Origin: Malacoraja senta
Taxonomy: Eukaryota
Reading direction: 5' to 3'
DNA length: 64,000 nt
Assembly (NCBI GenBank): GCA_038087875.1
Contig: CM075990.1
Span: forward strand, 4,652,001 to 4,716,000
The stretch's first letter is position 1. Each line of letters begins with the position of its first letter. The notes beneath the pieces were generated by a model. The model had not been told where the DNA came from. It did no database searches and saw nothing but the letters and a program-made list of their open reading frames with translations. Below, one piece after another: positions 49,484 to 62,655 of this stretch. The position numbers were made by a program, and so were the translations under genes.

Positions 49484-51277
49484 ATGGCCAAGTACAATCG
49501 AAGGTTATCTGACAACGCCTTCCAGGTAAAGCAGGACATAGTGCACCGTAATACTTTGGAACCAGAATGCTTCCTGCTTTCAAAGAGCTCCTCTGACACC
49601 CTGTTTCCTCGGAAGGAAGAAAGGCAAATGACTAATCCACATTTGAGGAAAACTATCGGCAGCGTTGCCTCTCCGATGAACGCAGAAATGGGCACGGGGT
49701 ACCAGTGTCAGTCGTCGTGTTTCATGCCACGTAAGAACTTCACTATCGTCCCCTTGTGTGGCTGCTTCCAAATGGAATCCATCCCAGATCCCACCCGGGT
49801 CTCGGAATGGGCAAAGCTTCAGGAGAATACAAAACTCCACGCCAACAGTCACACGAACAGCAGCTCAGACTTAACAAGGGACGCAGAGACGCTGTTATAC
49901 AAAGACGCACATTTGGGGGTACTGCAAACCAAGTTGGTGTACAGGAGTTGCTCAGACATCATGTATGGTTACAGGGAGAACTGCTGCCAGGACAATATAG
50001 CACACAGGCAGACCACGGCAAAACATCGAGTTACTGTGCCTGAGCCTGGTGCAACTCCTCATGGTGAAATGATAACTAAAGATTCTGATCAAAGGATAGT
50101 GATAAATATTTCAAGGGGTGAGACTGACAATGAACATCATGAAGCCATGGGAGGTAGTCCAATCACTCCTGGACATCAAGTGAAGAACACAGTTAATGTC
50201 TGCACTCCCATGCATCAGTGCCACTTCATGTTTACAGAGAGCTCCCACAGTTACCCAGGTATCGTGATTGTCCAAGAGTCTGGCAGGCAATGTCCAGATA
50301 ATTGTATGAAAGGAGATGGGACCGTCACCAGGGATCGGGATGAGGCGGCATCTATGGAAGGAGATGGTTCAACGAGCAATCACAATTGTACTGGACATCA
50401 AAGCCGTGTGATACCTGGCCTGAACATAGAAGAAACCGCGCCAGCTTTGTGCCATCCACTGCCAATCCCAGCCATTCATCTCATGCCGCGGCTGGTCAGT
50501 TCTGTCAGTGAGTCTGGAAGGGGAGACGGCAATGCATTTTGCCATTCGCTTCCAGTTTCTGGCATTCTGCCATTCCCACGCTTGGTGTCTTCAGTGAGTG
50601 AATCCGGTTTGGACACAAGGCATCTTCGGAAATGCCATGGAACCCCGGGAAATAATGTGGTCCCCACTGCGACTGGCGGAATCCCTCAGAATACTTCAGA
50701 TGCAATGAAAGCGGGACTGGATGATCCTTCTTATTCTTGTCAGCAAAATAGTCCAAATACTAACCTGGATGTGAGAACACGAGATATGTTCACTATGACT
50801 TCTATAAGGGATCTGACCCTTGGCTGTCACTATCGACTGAAGCAGAAAGACGCAGAGGTGCAGACGTCATTTACAGCTGACTACAAGTCGGTGGGCACCA
50901 GCCCAATGTTTCCAACTGATTGCTGCTTGGCCCATTCCTTCCCAGAAGTTAACTTTGAGGAGATTCAGAAGTCCCCGGTCTGCGAAGTGAAGTGGGATGA
51001 CAAAGGGATGACGTGGGAAGTCTATGGGGCCTCTGTCGACCCGGAGGTCCTCGGGCTGGCCATACAGAAACATCTGGAGATTCAGATCGAGCAACATGAA
51101 AAGGACAGAGTAACCACAGCTGAGAAGACAGTGAGGCATTCGGATCCTCAGTTGGACGCCGCATGCGTGCTGGAACATCCACCAAAGGAGAAGAGACATT
51201 TGCCAGGTTTTAGGAAGATGCTGTCCACACTGAGGCATCCCACCTGTTGTGTGAGACCCACTGCAGTAATAGACTAA
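49484..51277 (+). CDS. GPRIN2: G protein-regulated inducer of neurite outgrowth 2 (GPRIN2), ~597 aa, single coding exon
   Basis: Kozak accATGg at 49484, preceded by a polypyrimidine acceptor ..ctcctcaccacag| (exon start 49470). GRIN C-terminal domain SPVCEVKWDDKGMTWEVYGASVDPEVLGLAIQKHLEIQ. GPRIN2-type motifs GILPFPRLVSSVSESGL, RTRDMFTMTS..DL, HSFPEV and terminal LRHPTCC. Linkage to SHLD2 as in mammals. Confidence 0.9.
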   Translation: MAKYNRRLSDNAFQVKQDIVHRNTLEPECFLLSKSSSDTLFPRKEERQMTNPHLRKTIGSVASPMNAEMGTGYQCQSSCFMPRKNFTIVPLCGCFQMESIPDPTRVSEWAKLQENTKLHANSHTNSSSDLTRDAETLLYKDAHLGVLQTKLVYRSCSDIMYGYRENCCQDNIAHRQTTAKHRVTVPEPGATPHGEMITKDSDQRIVINISRGETDNEHHEAMGGSPITPGHQVKNTVNVCTPMHQCHFMFTESSHSYPGIVIVQESGRQCPDNCMKGDGTVTRDRDEAASMEGDGSTSNHNCTGHQSRVIPGLNIEETAPALCHPLPIPAIHLMPRLVSSVSESGRGDGNAFCHSLPVSGILPFPRLVSSVSESGLDTRHLRKCHGTPGNNVVPTATGGIPQNTSDAMKAGLDDPSYSCQQNSPNTNLDVRTRDMFTMTSIRDLTLGCHYRLKQKDAEVQTSFTADYKSVGTSPMFPTDCCLAHSFPEVNFEEIQKSPVCEVKWDDKGMTWEVYGASVDPEVLGLAIQKHLEIQIEQHEKDRVTTAEKTVRHSDPQLDAACVLEHPPKEKRHLPGFRKMLSTLRHPTCCVRPTAVID

Positions 51278-53349
51278 TTGCTGTCTCCACTGTCGGGGAG
51301 TAAATCACATTTTTATTGGGGACAATGTATAGAAGCTGCAGTCACAAAACGTAAATGTGTTTTCTGCTCTCCACCCCCCCCTCCCCCCCCACATCCCCGC
51401 CACAAACACACATTCCTGAATTCAGAATAATAATTTAGCGAGAGTTTTTTTTAATAAATAGTTTTCCTTTCGAGATATTTATGGGAGTAGCTGATTCAGA
51501 AGTTGTGCAGCTTTCAGAAATTATAGGTTGAGGTAGATGGGTGTAGGAAAGGAGGGGGGGGAGTACGTGTGTGAGCCTGGTGCGGGTTGTTCAGGTGGAT
51601 TAAAATGGCAAGTGATGCTGCGGTAAGATTATTGTGGCAGGGACCAAAGGGTGCCCTGGATGCGATGTTTCTAGGTATCGTGCTTTTCAAGTTTGTCGTT
51701 TTGGTGCTGTGAAAGAATAGTAATCTTGGACGAATGACTGATCTTTGCAAAGATATGGTGATGTGAGGCGGTTAGTTGCTGTAACACATGACATCTAAAT
51801 CCTCTTCTTTTCGTGTCCATCTTGTCACAAATGTTGGTCTCGCCGTCATCGTCCGTCCTGAAAAGGACGCAAGCTTCCAGCGACAATCAGTGGAAGCCAT
51901 CACTTGTCGCCACGGATGATGGTGGTAGCGGAATTCGCTCAGGATAGCGACGTGGACGCCTTCTGCTATGGGGCCGGAAATCTAAATGATTAATAGTAAA
52001 TCTTGAAATAAACAAGACATCTGGGATGGGGGAGGAGAAAACTAACAATCCCATAGAATGATGGCGTTATACATCAACGAAGGGCAATTCACTCTAAACA
52101 TCACTGGAACTTTGGTAGAGATTCCCATTCACTCCTACACCAACGTCCTTTCCCACAGTCATAATTTTAGGTTTTTTTAAAATATACGTTTATCTAACAC
52201 TTCATTGAAGATCACTAATGAATCAATTATCACCAGCGTTTAAGACAGAGCATTCACTGCGTAAAATAATATTTCCTCAGGTCACCTCAGGAAATTATAT
52301 TTTTTATTATGTTTATCCAACTCTTTCAATTAAGGTTACTAATGAATTTACTATCACCCACCTTTGAGATGGAAGCATTCACCACGTAAAATAATATTTC
52401 CTCAGGTCACCTCAGGATCTTAAATTTTGGTTGTTGACCTATAGAAACATAGAAACATAGAAAATAGGTGCAGGAGTAGGCCATTCGGCCCTTTGAGCCT
52501 GCACCGCCATTCAATATGATCATGGCTGATCCGCCAACTCAGTATCCCGTACCTGTCTTCTCTCCATACCCCCTGATCCCTTTAGCCACAAGGCCACATC
52601 TAACTCCCTCTTAATGAACTGGCCTCAACTACTTTCTGTGGCAGAGAATTTCACAGATTCACCACTCTGTCACTGGAAACAAAGGGCCTGTTTCCACGCT
52701 GTATCTCTAAACTAAATTAAACCTGTCAAATGTGTCCTAATCAGCTTCGTCAGCCACTCTACATTATTGAAATCCCTCTTAAACGTAGGAAATAGAAACA
52801 GGAATAGGCCATTCAGCCCTTCAAGCCAGCACCGCCATTCAATATGATCATGGCTGATCATCCAAAATCAGTACCCCGTTCCTGCTTTCTCCCCATATCC
52901 TTGATTCCGTCAGACCTGAGAGCTAAGAGCAAACAGTCATCTCTAATAAATCTGCCCTGTGCTCATATTAAGGCCTTGGTATCTGTACTAAAGTGTGGTA
53001 GTAAGAATTAAACTTAAAATTCCCAGAAAGGAACACTGTTTTATAATAACTTTCCAATTGCATTATATTAAGACTTAATATTTGCAAATATTAAGTGGGT
53101 TTGTAGGTAAGATAGACACAAAATGCTGGAGTAACTCAGCAGGTCAGGCAGCATCTCTGGAGAAAAGGAATAGATGATGTTTCGGGTCGGAGGAAGGATT
53201 CTGACCTGAAACGTCACCAATTCCTTTTCTCCACTGATGCTGCTTGACCCTCTGGGTTACTCCAGCATCATCCAGCACTCCCTCCAATCCATCTTCTGTA
53301 TAAACCAACGTCTGCATTTCCTTCCTTCACATTGGGTTTGTTGGTAAGT

Positions 53350-53732
53350 GTGTAGGAAGGAACTGCAGATGCTGGTTTAAACCGAAGATAGACACAAAAA
53401 GCTGGAGTAACTCAGCGGGACAGGCAGCGTCTCTGGAGAGAGGGAATGGGTGACGTTTCGGGTCGAGACCCTTCTTCAGACTAGTTAGGGATAAGGGAAA
53501 GGAGAGAAATAGACAATGATGTAGAGAGATAAAGCACAATGAATGAAAGATTTGCAAAAAAGTAATGATGGTAAAGGAAACAGGCCGTTGTTAGCAGTTT
53601 GTTGGGTGAAAACGAGAAGTTGGTGCGACTTGGTTGGGGGAGGGGTGGAGAGAGAGGGAATGCCGGGGTTACTTGAAGTTAGATAAATCAATATTCATAC
53701 CACTGGGCAGTAAGCCGCCGAAGCAAAATATA
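53350..53732 (-). mobile_element. Penelope-like element 3' end/pseudo-LTR
   Basis: Minus strand reads IFCFGGLLPSGMNIDLSNFK* (typical Penelope GIY-YIG C-terminus ..IFxLGxLxPxGMNIxFSNF), followed by a 3' UTR with a hammerhead-like core at 53452-53479. Confidence 0.75.
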
Positions 53733-55099
53733 TTGGCCTCTGTAAAATTGCTTGTAGTGTATTGGGAGTGATTGCAAAAGTAGGATTTCAGAACTAGGGT
53801 AAATGGGTGATCGATGATGTACTCAATGGGCCAAAGGGCCTGTTTCGTGCTGTATCTTTAATCAATCAATTAAAGTTTTGGTTCAAATTGGGAATTGAAA
53901 AGTTATTCCTAAAATCAAATTTGAAGCTCACAGTTTAGGCAAAGCTAAGGCTTTGGTGAGGAAATAGTCCATTCTCAGGAGGCCTGTCAGTCATTGAAGC
54001 CTTGAATTGGGTTGTTTACAAAATACAGCTTCTGACTAATCCATCCTTAGTATTGAGATAACATTGAACATCGAAAACAAGATTAGAAGACCACAAGCAG
54101 AATTCAATCATGTAAAAGCACAAATAATTAACATTTCAGTCATTATTTTTTTCAGAAGTAGAGGTAAATATTAAAATGTTGAAAATAATTTGAAGGAAAA
54201 TTGGGTTTTGACCGTAGACAACAATGAGAATTATTAGATGCTCACAAAATAAGATGAAATTTAAGTACAAAGAACATAAAAGAACAAAGGTTGGAAAAAA
54301 GGATGGTTCACGGCTGATTTAGGAGATAATCAGATAAAAAGATAGGGAAATTAAGGAGCAGATAAGGAAGATTAAACGCAGGTCAGAGGTATGTTTTTAG
54401 AGATTGTAGTTAATGGCAACAGTTGTTATGGCATAAGCAAATATCAAAGAGAGAGACTCAGTCAGAATTTGGCTGCAGAGTGACTTTACTGGAAAATCCA
54501 CAAATCTTGTTGATCAGAGACACTCTGTAAATGAAAGAACAGCTGGGCCATCAGTGATTACCAGAACTTGGAAAAAACAGGCTAAAAATATTTGAGGATC
54601 AAACGGAGAAATTAAGGAATTCTAATGGGAAATTTCTTTAGGAAGATCATTGTAATCTCGGAGACAATGTTGACTGTGATGAATAAGAATTTCTGAGGGC
54701 CACTGAGGTCAGGCATAAAATCTTCAATTATGCATCTCTTGTGTCTGGGAAAAGACTATTAATTTCATCTGGGACTGAATGCTTAGCCCATGTCTTGGGA
54801 AGAGACTTCAATGATTCAATACATGTACCTGACAGTTTAGCTATTTGGGTTCAGTTAACCAATATTTAAGTAATCGGAAACTGGCATGGTACAGAGAGCT
54901 AGTCAGCTTATGGTTACGATCTCCTTAGACCTGAATATCCATTCCATTAGCATCATTAGAGAATGGCATGCTAGTCTTGAATATGGACCACTTTAACATC
55001 AATCAGTTTGCAGAAGCTGCACACACGAAGACGCGTGGACTTCCTGAAAGATACCAGGATTTACAGTAACAATCAAACATTCACGGACAAGGGTCTTAA

Positions 55100-55480
55100 G
55101 GTCACAAATGATAGGAGCAGAATTAGGCCACTCGTTCCATCAAGTCAACTCCGCCATTCAATCATGGCTGATCTATCTCTCCCTCTCAACCCCATTCTCC
55201 TGCCTTCTCCCCATAACCCATGACTCACGTACTAATCAAGGATCTATCTATCACTGCCTTAAAAATATCCATTGACTTGGCCTCCATAGCCTTCTGTGTC
55301 AATGAAATCCACAGATTCATTCCCCTTTGACTAAAGAAATCCCTCTTCACCTCCTTTCTAAAGGAACGTCCGTTAATTCTGAGGCTATAACCTCTGGTCC
55401 CAGAATCTCCCACTAGTGGAAACATTCTCCCTACATCCACTCTATCCAGGCCTTTCACCATTCAGTCAGTTTCAATGAGG
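55100..55480 (-). mobile_element. CR1 LINE 3' fragment
   Basis: ORF GLDRVDVGRMFPLVG..RGYSLRI. Confidence 0.8.
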
Positions 55481-55629
55481 TGCTCCACAAACTAAACCAG
55501 ATGAAATCTTTAAACAAGCTTCATGGCCTTACTTTCATGCTTGGGGTAAAGTTAAATAAATCAATCAGTTCTGAGAAATCTTACAAGACCAGATACTAGA
55601 GGTTCATGGTGTACAGGGGCCATTAGGTT

Positions 55630-56120
55630 AGAAACATAGAAACATAGAAAATAGGTGCAGGAGGAGGCCATTCGGCCCTTCGAGCCAGCACCGCCATTCA
55701 TTATGATCATGGCTGATCGTCCCCAATCAATAACCCGTGCCTGCCTTCTCCCCATATCCCTTGATTCCACTAGCCCCTAGAGCTCTATCTAACTCTCTCT
55801 TAAATCCATCCAGTGACTTGGCCTCCACTGCCCTCTGTGGCAGGGAATTCCACAAATTCACAACTCTCTGGGTGAAAATGTTTTTTCTCACCTCAGTCTT
55901 AAATGGCTTCCCCTTTATTCTAAGACTGTGGCCCCTGGTTCTGGACTGGCCCAACATTGGGAACATTTTTCCTGCATCTAGCTTGTCCAGTCCTTTTATA
56001 ATTTTATATGTTTCTATGAGATACCCCCTCATCCTTCTAAACTCCAGTGAATACAAGCCTAGTCTTTTCAATCTTTCCTCATATGGCAGTCCCGCAATCC
56101 CAGGGATCAATCTTGTGAAT
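55630..56120 (-). mobile_element. CR1 LINE 3' end with (TTTCTATG)n tail
   Basis: ORF YEERLKRLGLYSLEFRRMRG..LIETYKI..RGHSLRI; (catagaaa)n tail on +. Confidence 0.9.
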
Positions 56121-57190
56121 TACAGGAGGGAAAATTGTAAATGAAAGGCACAATAAGAAGGGGAACTTTGTAAACAATAGACATTACAGATCTTTATGTT
56201 GTCGTAAAAGGGCCTTTATATTTAAGATAGCCCGAGTTATATAATCCTTTGGACTTGACTCTAGGCAAAACATAAATGGAAATTAGACCGTATCTATAAA
56301 CCAGGAAGAATTGAAATTAAATTAGATAAATTAATAAGCCTTCTGAACGGCCAAAGTTGACCTGACTACGCAAGATAGTGTGAATGGTTATCAACTCTTG
56401 CACTTATAAACAAATAGAGAGAGAGAGACCGCTGAGAGGTCCATGGCTATTGACACAGATTAGTTTCCAGTCCAGGGCTCCCTGGACTGGAAACTAATCT
56501 GCCGTTGCTCTATTTGTCATATAATCAGGAAGATAGTTAGAAGAAGCTTCTCTGACTGACTTCCATGACCCCCTGACATCCAGCGTATTGGAGACAGTTT
56601 ACCTGCAGATACTCAGCAAGGTAATGCTAAGACTTGAGAAACTACTGTTTACTTTAGTTTATTGTCATGTGCACCGAGGTACAGTGAAAAGCTTTTGTTG
56701 CGTGCTGTCCAGTCAGCTGAAAAAGAATACAGGATTACAATCGAGCCATTTACAGTGTATAGGTATACGATTTAACGTTTAGTGCAAGGTAAAGCCAGCA
56801 AAGTCCAAACAAGGATAGTGTGAGAGTCACCAATGAGGTAGACAGTAGTTCAGCACTGCTCTCTGGTTGTGGAAGGAACTACTCTCTACTGTGTAGGAAG
56901 GAACTTCAGATGCTGGTTTATCCCGAAGATAGATACTTTGTCTCTTGAGAAACTACACACATTCCCATCCATTTTTGATGTGGGCACGTTCCCCAAAGAT
57001 ACGCAGGTAATTTTCCTTTCAAGAAGGGCTCAAAAAAGTACAAAGTGCACTATTACAGAGATGACTTTCATGTAAAAGCTAGGAATGTCCAATAACAAAG
57101 CCCATTTCATTTGTAATCCCTTCCATGGGCTAAGGCATTCAGCCAGTTTAATAGTTATAGCTGAAAACATTAACTATGATTCATAAAAAG

Positions 57191-57485
57191 TTTAGTGTTT
57201 AGAGATACAGTGTGGAAACAGGCCCTTCAGCCCACCGAGTCCACGCCGACCCCGTACACTATCACTATCCCACACACTAGGGACATTTACAATTTTACTG
57301 AAGCCAATTAACCTACAAACCTGCATGTCTTTGGAGTGTGGGAGGAAAGCGGAGCACCCGGGGAAAACCCATGTGGACAAGTGGAAAACGTACAAACTAT
57401 GTACAGACAGCGCCCATAGTCAGATGAAACCTGGGTCTCTGGCGCTGTAAGTCAGTAACTCTACCACTGCGCCACTATGCCCCCC
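57191..57485 (-). mobile_element. HE1/V-SINE-like SINE
   Basis: Reverse-complement consensus. Confidence 0.8.
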
Positions 57486-60400
57486 TTATTGATATGGTTC
57501 GGTTCAAGCAAACTATTCAATTTTTAAACTGTCTTGACAGCATTGTTACTTTCTAAAGGCACCTAGTCAAGGTGCAGCAGGATAACATGGTGTAAACAGA
57601 TATCCAGACAATAGGAAACAGAGAGATAAAAATGACTTTAAGCTAAAATAGAAGCAGAGTAATGGCAACACAGCTGGAGGATGAGTTTAAATCTGGGATA
57701 ATAGGGAGTAGATGGGAGTTTGTGTGTGAGGAATAGCTGAGTGAATCTCAAGGGGAAGATCTCAGTAATCACTTACGGTTCTTAAATGGTACATACAGAT
57801 CTTTTTATGAGACTATAATTACCAACATCTCCTGAAGGCGGTGCAGTGGAGGCGAAGGCCAATTTAATTAAGGGGCTCTTTCACAGTCAGATATCAATCC
57901 AACAAGCAGGGAACTTGATTTGGCTTTTAATTTTGATTCCTCCTTAAAGGTGAACAACTAATACATTTTCACTCTCTGCATAGTTATTTTGTATTGATAT
58001 TAGTTTAGTTTAGTTTATTGTCAAGTGTACCGAGGTACAGGAAAAAGCGTTTTGTTGCGTGCTAACCAGTCAGTGGAAAGACTCTATGATTACAATCGAG
58101 CTGTCCACAGTTAAAGGGAGTAACGTTCAGTGCAAGATAAGGCCCAGGAAAGTCTGATTAAAGATAGTCTGAGGGTCTTCAATGCGGTAAAGTGAGAAAT
58201 ACTTCTGTTGGGGTAGAGGTTTAAAAGAGTGGAGCGATTGTAATGAACGATTGCAGATCCACTTCTGGGACCAGCACACAGAAAGTTGCCTGGATGGGCC
58301 GCCATTTTGGAATATTGATATTGTGCATCAGCAAATGTTTGTATGTTCATTATAAATGAATCATTGATTCCTATTTTTTAGTCATTCATCCAAATTCATT
58401 TCATTTTGTACATGGAATGCCTTACAGATCACTTGCATTCCACCTATTTTACCCCGACTGGCCCACAACACAGATCCTGTACCCAGTGATCTCATAGACC
58501 ATTCAGCACCACTATTCATTTATGTCTCCAATCGAATAAACAGTCGTCTTGGTGTTCGTAGAATTAAAGTTCTTTTTTTATAGTAACGTTGAAAACGTCA
58601 CAATGTCCCAAAGTATTTACAACCACAGAGGTGTTTATTTGAGGAATATTTGTTGCCCTAACGCGGAACACATCAGCCAACGTGTTGCTAAAATGACCAA
58701 GTCCCAGTGATGTTGGTTGAGGGATAAATATAGGTCAGGACACCAGGGGGAGCTCGAGTGCTGATCTTTTATGTCCACTTTTGAGGTCTAATGGGTTATT
58801 GATTACTATTTCAAAAATACAGCATCCCGTGCTGAGTTATTAGTCTAATTAGTCAGGTGCTTGGGTCCCCAGGGTGGAGTTAAGGCCACAACCTTCTGAA
58901 GATTAAGCCAAATCGATCCAGTGTGTGATCACTGACTGTGGCTCATTGCCAAAATCCAGCTGTGCAGTCCTGAGTCCCCTTGAAGCATAGATCCAGAATT
59001 TCAACGAAAATCTAACCCACGGATATTTTTTTCTTTCAAACAGGATGTGTTTTCAGCAAGATGAGCACAAGCTCGGATTATACACCTGCATTGTGAGAGA
59101 TAGCAGCCACCTTTGTAGCGGATGCAGAGACAGGCAACGATGCATGTTATAATGGTGATCTGGGTTTTGATTCTACCATGGGGCAGGCACTTGGGCAGAG
59201 CTTGTGTAAAGATGTCCTTATCATGACAAATTAAAGTAGGAACCATTTCCACACAGCTTAGATGAAACAGTAAAGGACTGAGAATGGAGATTGGAGAGCC
59301 TTTCAGGATAAACACTGCTATCTATGTTTAAATCCAACATGAAGGATGGAACGGTGTTGCATGACATGGGTTTCTGTAGTTTAATTGCAATTCTCTGAGA
59401 GCTTAAGTCCCTTGCAAAAATAGCACAAAGCAATATAGTTGTACCTCAAACCTCACGGTACTGGACACATACTATTTCCCCTGGTATATTAGTGATCACC
59501 ACAGGGCCAGAACAGCAGGCAGTATAAATGCACGTTGCTAATAAGGTCCTCTCCCACTTACGACCAAATCCCATTATCAAACTCTTGATCGAATGGCGGA
59601 GCAGACTCGTTATGTCAAATGGCCTAATTCTTTTGGGTGAGTTTCTGGAGGCTCCCTGCATAACCGCCAGATTGTGACTCAAGGAATGTCCGTGTACAAA
59701 GTAGAATAAAATTTTGATGCGTAGTTTGCCTCTTCAGTCAGGCAGAGTACATGATGGCTGTGATTTTGACACTCGGTGTGATTTGCTTAACATCTAAGCA
59801 AGACCCCTTAAACCGCACCGGCCAAAGTGGTCAAACTAAAGGGCTTCTTTGTGAGCACAGTAAAACTCAGTTAATCTGACACGGTGGGAACGTTGGTGCT
59901 GCCAGTCTGCAGATTTTCCAGACTATTGGATGGCATTTCTATTAATACTCCAGCAGACTTGAATTAATTTTTTGAATATGTTACACACAGTAGTGCAGCA
60001 CAAGTTTAAAGAGAGAATTGGAAATGGGCTCCTTGAGATGAGAGAGTGGGAAACTATGGCCCTGTGCGTCTCACCTGCTCTCTCACTCAGCTACCCTCCC
60101 TCCTGTGTTTCAAGGGGGTGTTACAACCACGGCCGCAGTGTGTCGAGGAGCGCACAGCTGGACCCACGGCCCAGGGATGTTAATGGGAGTGTGGAAGCTG
60201 CAACCAGTGAAGCAGATGAATCACGGGATGTCCAAACAATTCAGTTAATGTATCTTTGTTTTATAGGATGTTTAGCATTGGCAAAGTCTTTGATTGTCAT
60301 GGGTGATATCGGTTTATGTTTTGTCTGTTTTAAAGAAAGATGCCATCAATAAAAAAACATGAAAAATGTGAGGTGCTGTACTACTATGGAGCGGCAATGA

Positions 60401-61094
60401 ACAGGTTTTGCACAGAGTACCAGCCAGGAATGAAATGTGATACAAATGTCAGGAATTAACATGTACGAATGGAAGAACTGGTGAATCAAACTTAACACTG
60501 AAACTTTGATTAACACCTATACATAACAATTCGCACGTCTACCACCCTACATGTGCACCTGCTCAATGCTCACACACTGAAGTACTCCCACCGTCTCCTA
60601 ACATAAACCCATGTCCACCTCCTCATGCACCCTCCTCTCCACAAGCCCACCTGTCAAATTCTCACCTTCTCTCCTGCCCACACGATAACCTACCTTCCGC
60701 ACACACACCCACTTGCTCTCCTGCTGATTTTCCCATCTGCACACCTGACCCCACTCCCATCTGGCATACACTCCCTACCCTCCTGTCCACACACCATTCT
60801 TCCCACACCCCTACACTATCTGCTCACACACTCATCTCTTCATTTGCCAAATACCATCTACTGCCCTGCCTACACATACATCCGTTCACCTATTCCCCCC
60901 ACCCCTATCTCGTGTTCAAGAGTCAAGAGTGTTTTATTGTCATATGTCCCAGATAGAACAATGAAATTCTTACTTGCAGCAGCACAACAGAATATGTAAA
61001 CATAGTATGATATGACAAACGAGAAAGAGAAAAGAAAAGCTCAGTGTGTATATATGTACATACTCACAACATACCCGTATATATATACACACAT

Positions 61095-61712
61095 ACTCAA
61101 ATTCAGCAGCGCAGCGCTGTATACATCGCGGAGTGGGTGATGCCTCACCTGGGATCGCCGTTTGAAGCTCCGGAGTGTTGGGCCTGCTGCTTCAACATCG
61201 CGGAGCTGTGGTTTGTAGAGCTCCTAGCTCGGGCGGCGCTGACCAACATCGCGGAGTCCTGGGACCCTTTGCCGAGGGCTGCCAGCATTGAATCTCCGCC
61301 CAGCTCGGCCTGTGGACTTCGGGAGCCGTGGACTCCGGTAGGAAGTGGCCGATTCGGATGTGCAAGCCGCTGAGGATGTTCTTCCTTCCGACGTCGGAGT
61401 TCCATCATCCCGGCGAGAGGGCCTGGGCATCAGGCCACCCGTAGCGGCGACTGCGGGGGGCTCGGAAGGCCCCGACCACGGGTGAACATCAAAGAACATC
61501 AAAGAGGAGGATGACTGAACTTTGGTGCCTTCCCTCACAGTGGGAAACTTTGATACCGCTGTGGGGATGTTTATGTTATAGGCTATCGTGTTCTGTGCTT
61601 TTATTTTTTTTTTTATTCGTATGGCTGTATGGGAAAAAGCATTTTGTTGTCTCTGTACTTGTACTCTGCACAATGACAATAAAGTTGCATCAAATCAAAT
61701 CAATCAAATCAA
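61095..61712 (+). mobile_element. GC-rich non-autonomous retroposon with (CAAAT)n tail, nested in a Rex/L2-type fragment
   Basis: cttccctcacagtgggaa core, gacaataaag tail, internal catcgcggag repeats. Confidence 0.6.
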
Positions 61713-62007
61713 ATAACAAACAAAACAGTGCAACAATAATAATAATAGTCTATTGTAGTTCAGAGCTTATATGAGGTTGTAGTGTTTAATAGCCTGATGG
61801 TTGTAGGGAAGAAGCTGTTCCTGAACCTGGACGTTACAGTTTTCAGGCTCCAGTACCTTCTACCCGATGGCAGTGGTGAAATGAGTGTGAGGACAGGATG
61901 GTGTGGGTCTCTGTTGATGTTGGCTGCCATTTTGAGGCAGCGACTCAGATAAATCCCTTCGATGGTGGGTAGGTGAGAGCCCATGATGGACTGGCACCTA
62001 TCTACTG

Positions 62008-62655
62008 TCCTTCGGCCCACTGAGTCCGCGCCGACCAGCGATCCCCGCATATTAACACTACCCTCCCTACACACACTAGGGACAATTTTACATGCATAAA
62101 TGTACATCAAACCAATTAACCTACAAACCAGTAGGCCTTTGGAGAGTGGGAGTAAGCCGGAGCAACCGGAGAAAACCCACACAGGTCACAGGGAGAACGT
62201 ACAGTACAAACTCTGTACAGACAAGCACCCGTAGTCAGGATCGAACTCGGGTCTCTGGTGCTGTAAGTCAGCAACTCTACCGCTGTGCCACCGTGCTGCC
62301 CTTTTGCTGTGTACATTCAAGACATGCAATCAAAATATTTTGAGAGATTATCAGGTAGTACACTGGCACAGTTGTAGAGTTGCTGCCCTACAGCGCCAGA
62401 GATCCAGGTTCGATCCTGATTACTGGTGCTGTCTGTACCGAGTTTGTACGTTCTCCCCGTGACCTGCGTGGGTTTTCTCCGGGTGTTCCGGTTTCCTCCC
62501 ACATTCCAAAGATGCATAGGTTTGCAGATTCATTGACTTTGGTAAAGATTGTAAATTAGCCCTAGTGTGTAGGATAGCGTTGGTGTACGGGGATCGCTGG
62601 TCGGCACGGTGGGCCGATGTTTCCAAGCTGTATCTCTAAACTAAACTAAACTAAA
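62008..62655. mobile_element. Two HE1/V-SINE-like SINEs head-to-head (62008-62300 on -, 62355-62655 on +)
   Basis: Consensus in opposite orientations. Confidence 0.78.

Noticed and set aside
59972..60999. 126-aa and 124-aa ORFs as a possible next gene (e.g. an NPY receptor)
   Set aside because: No GPCR or other motifs; the second ORF is C-rich low-complexity sequence running into a retroposon tail.
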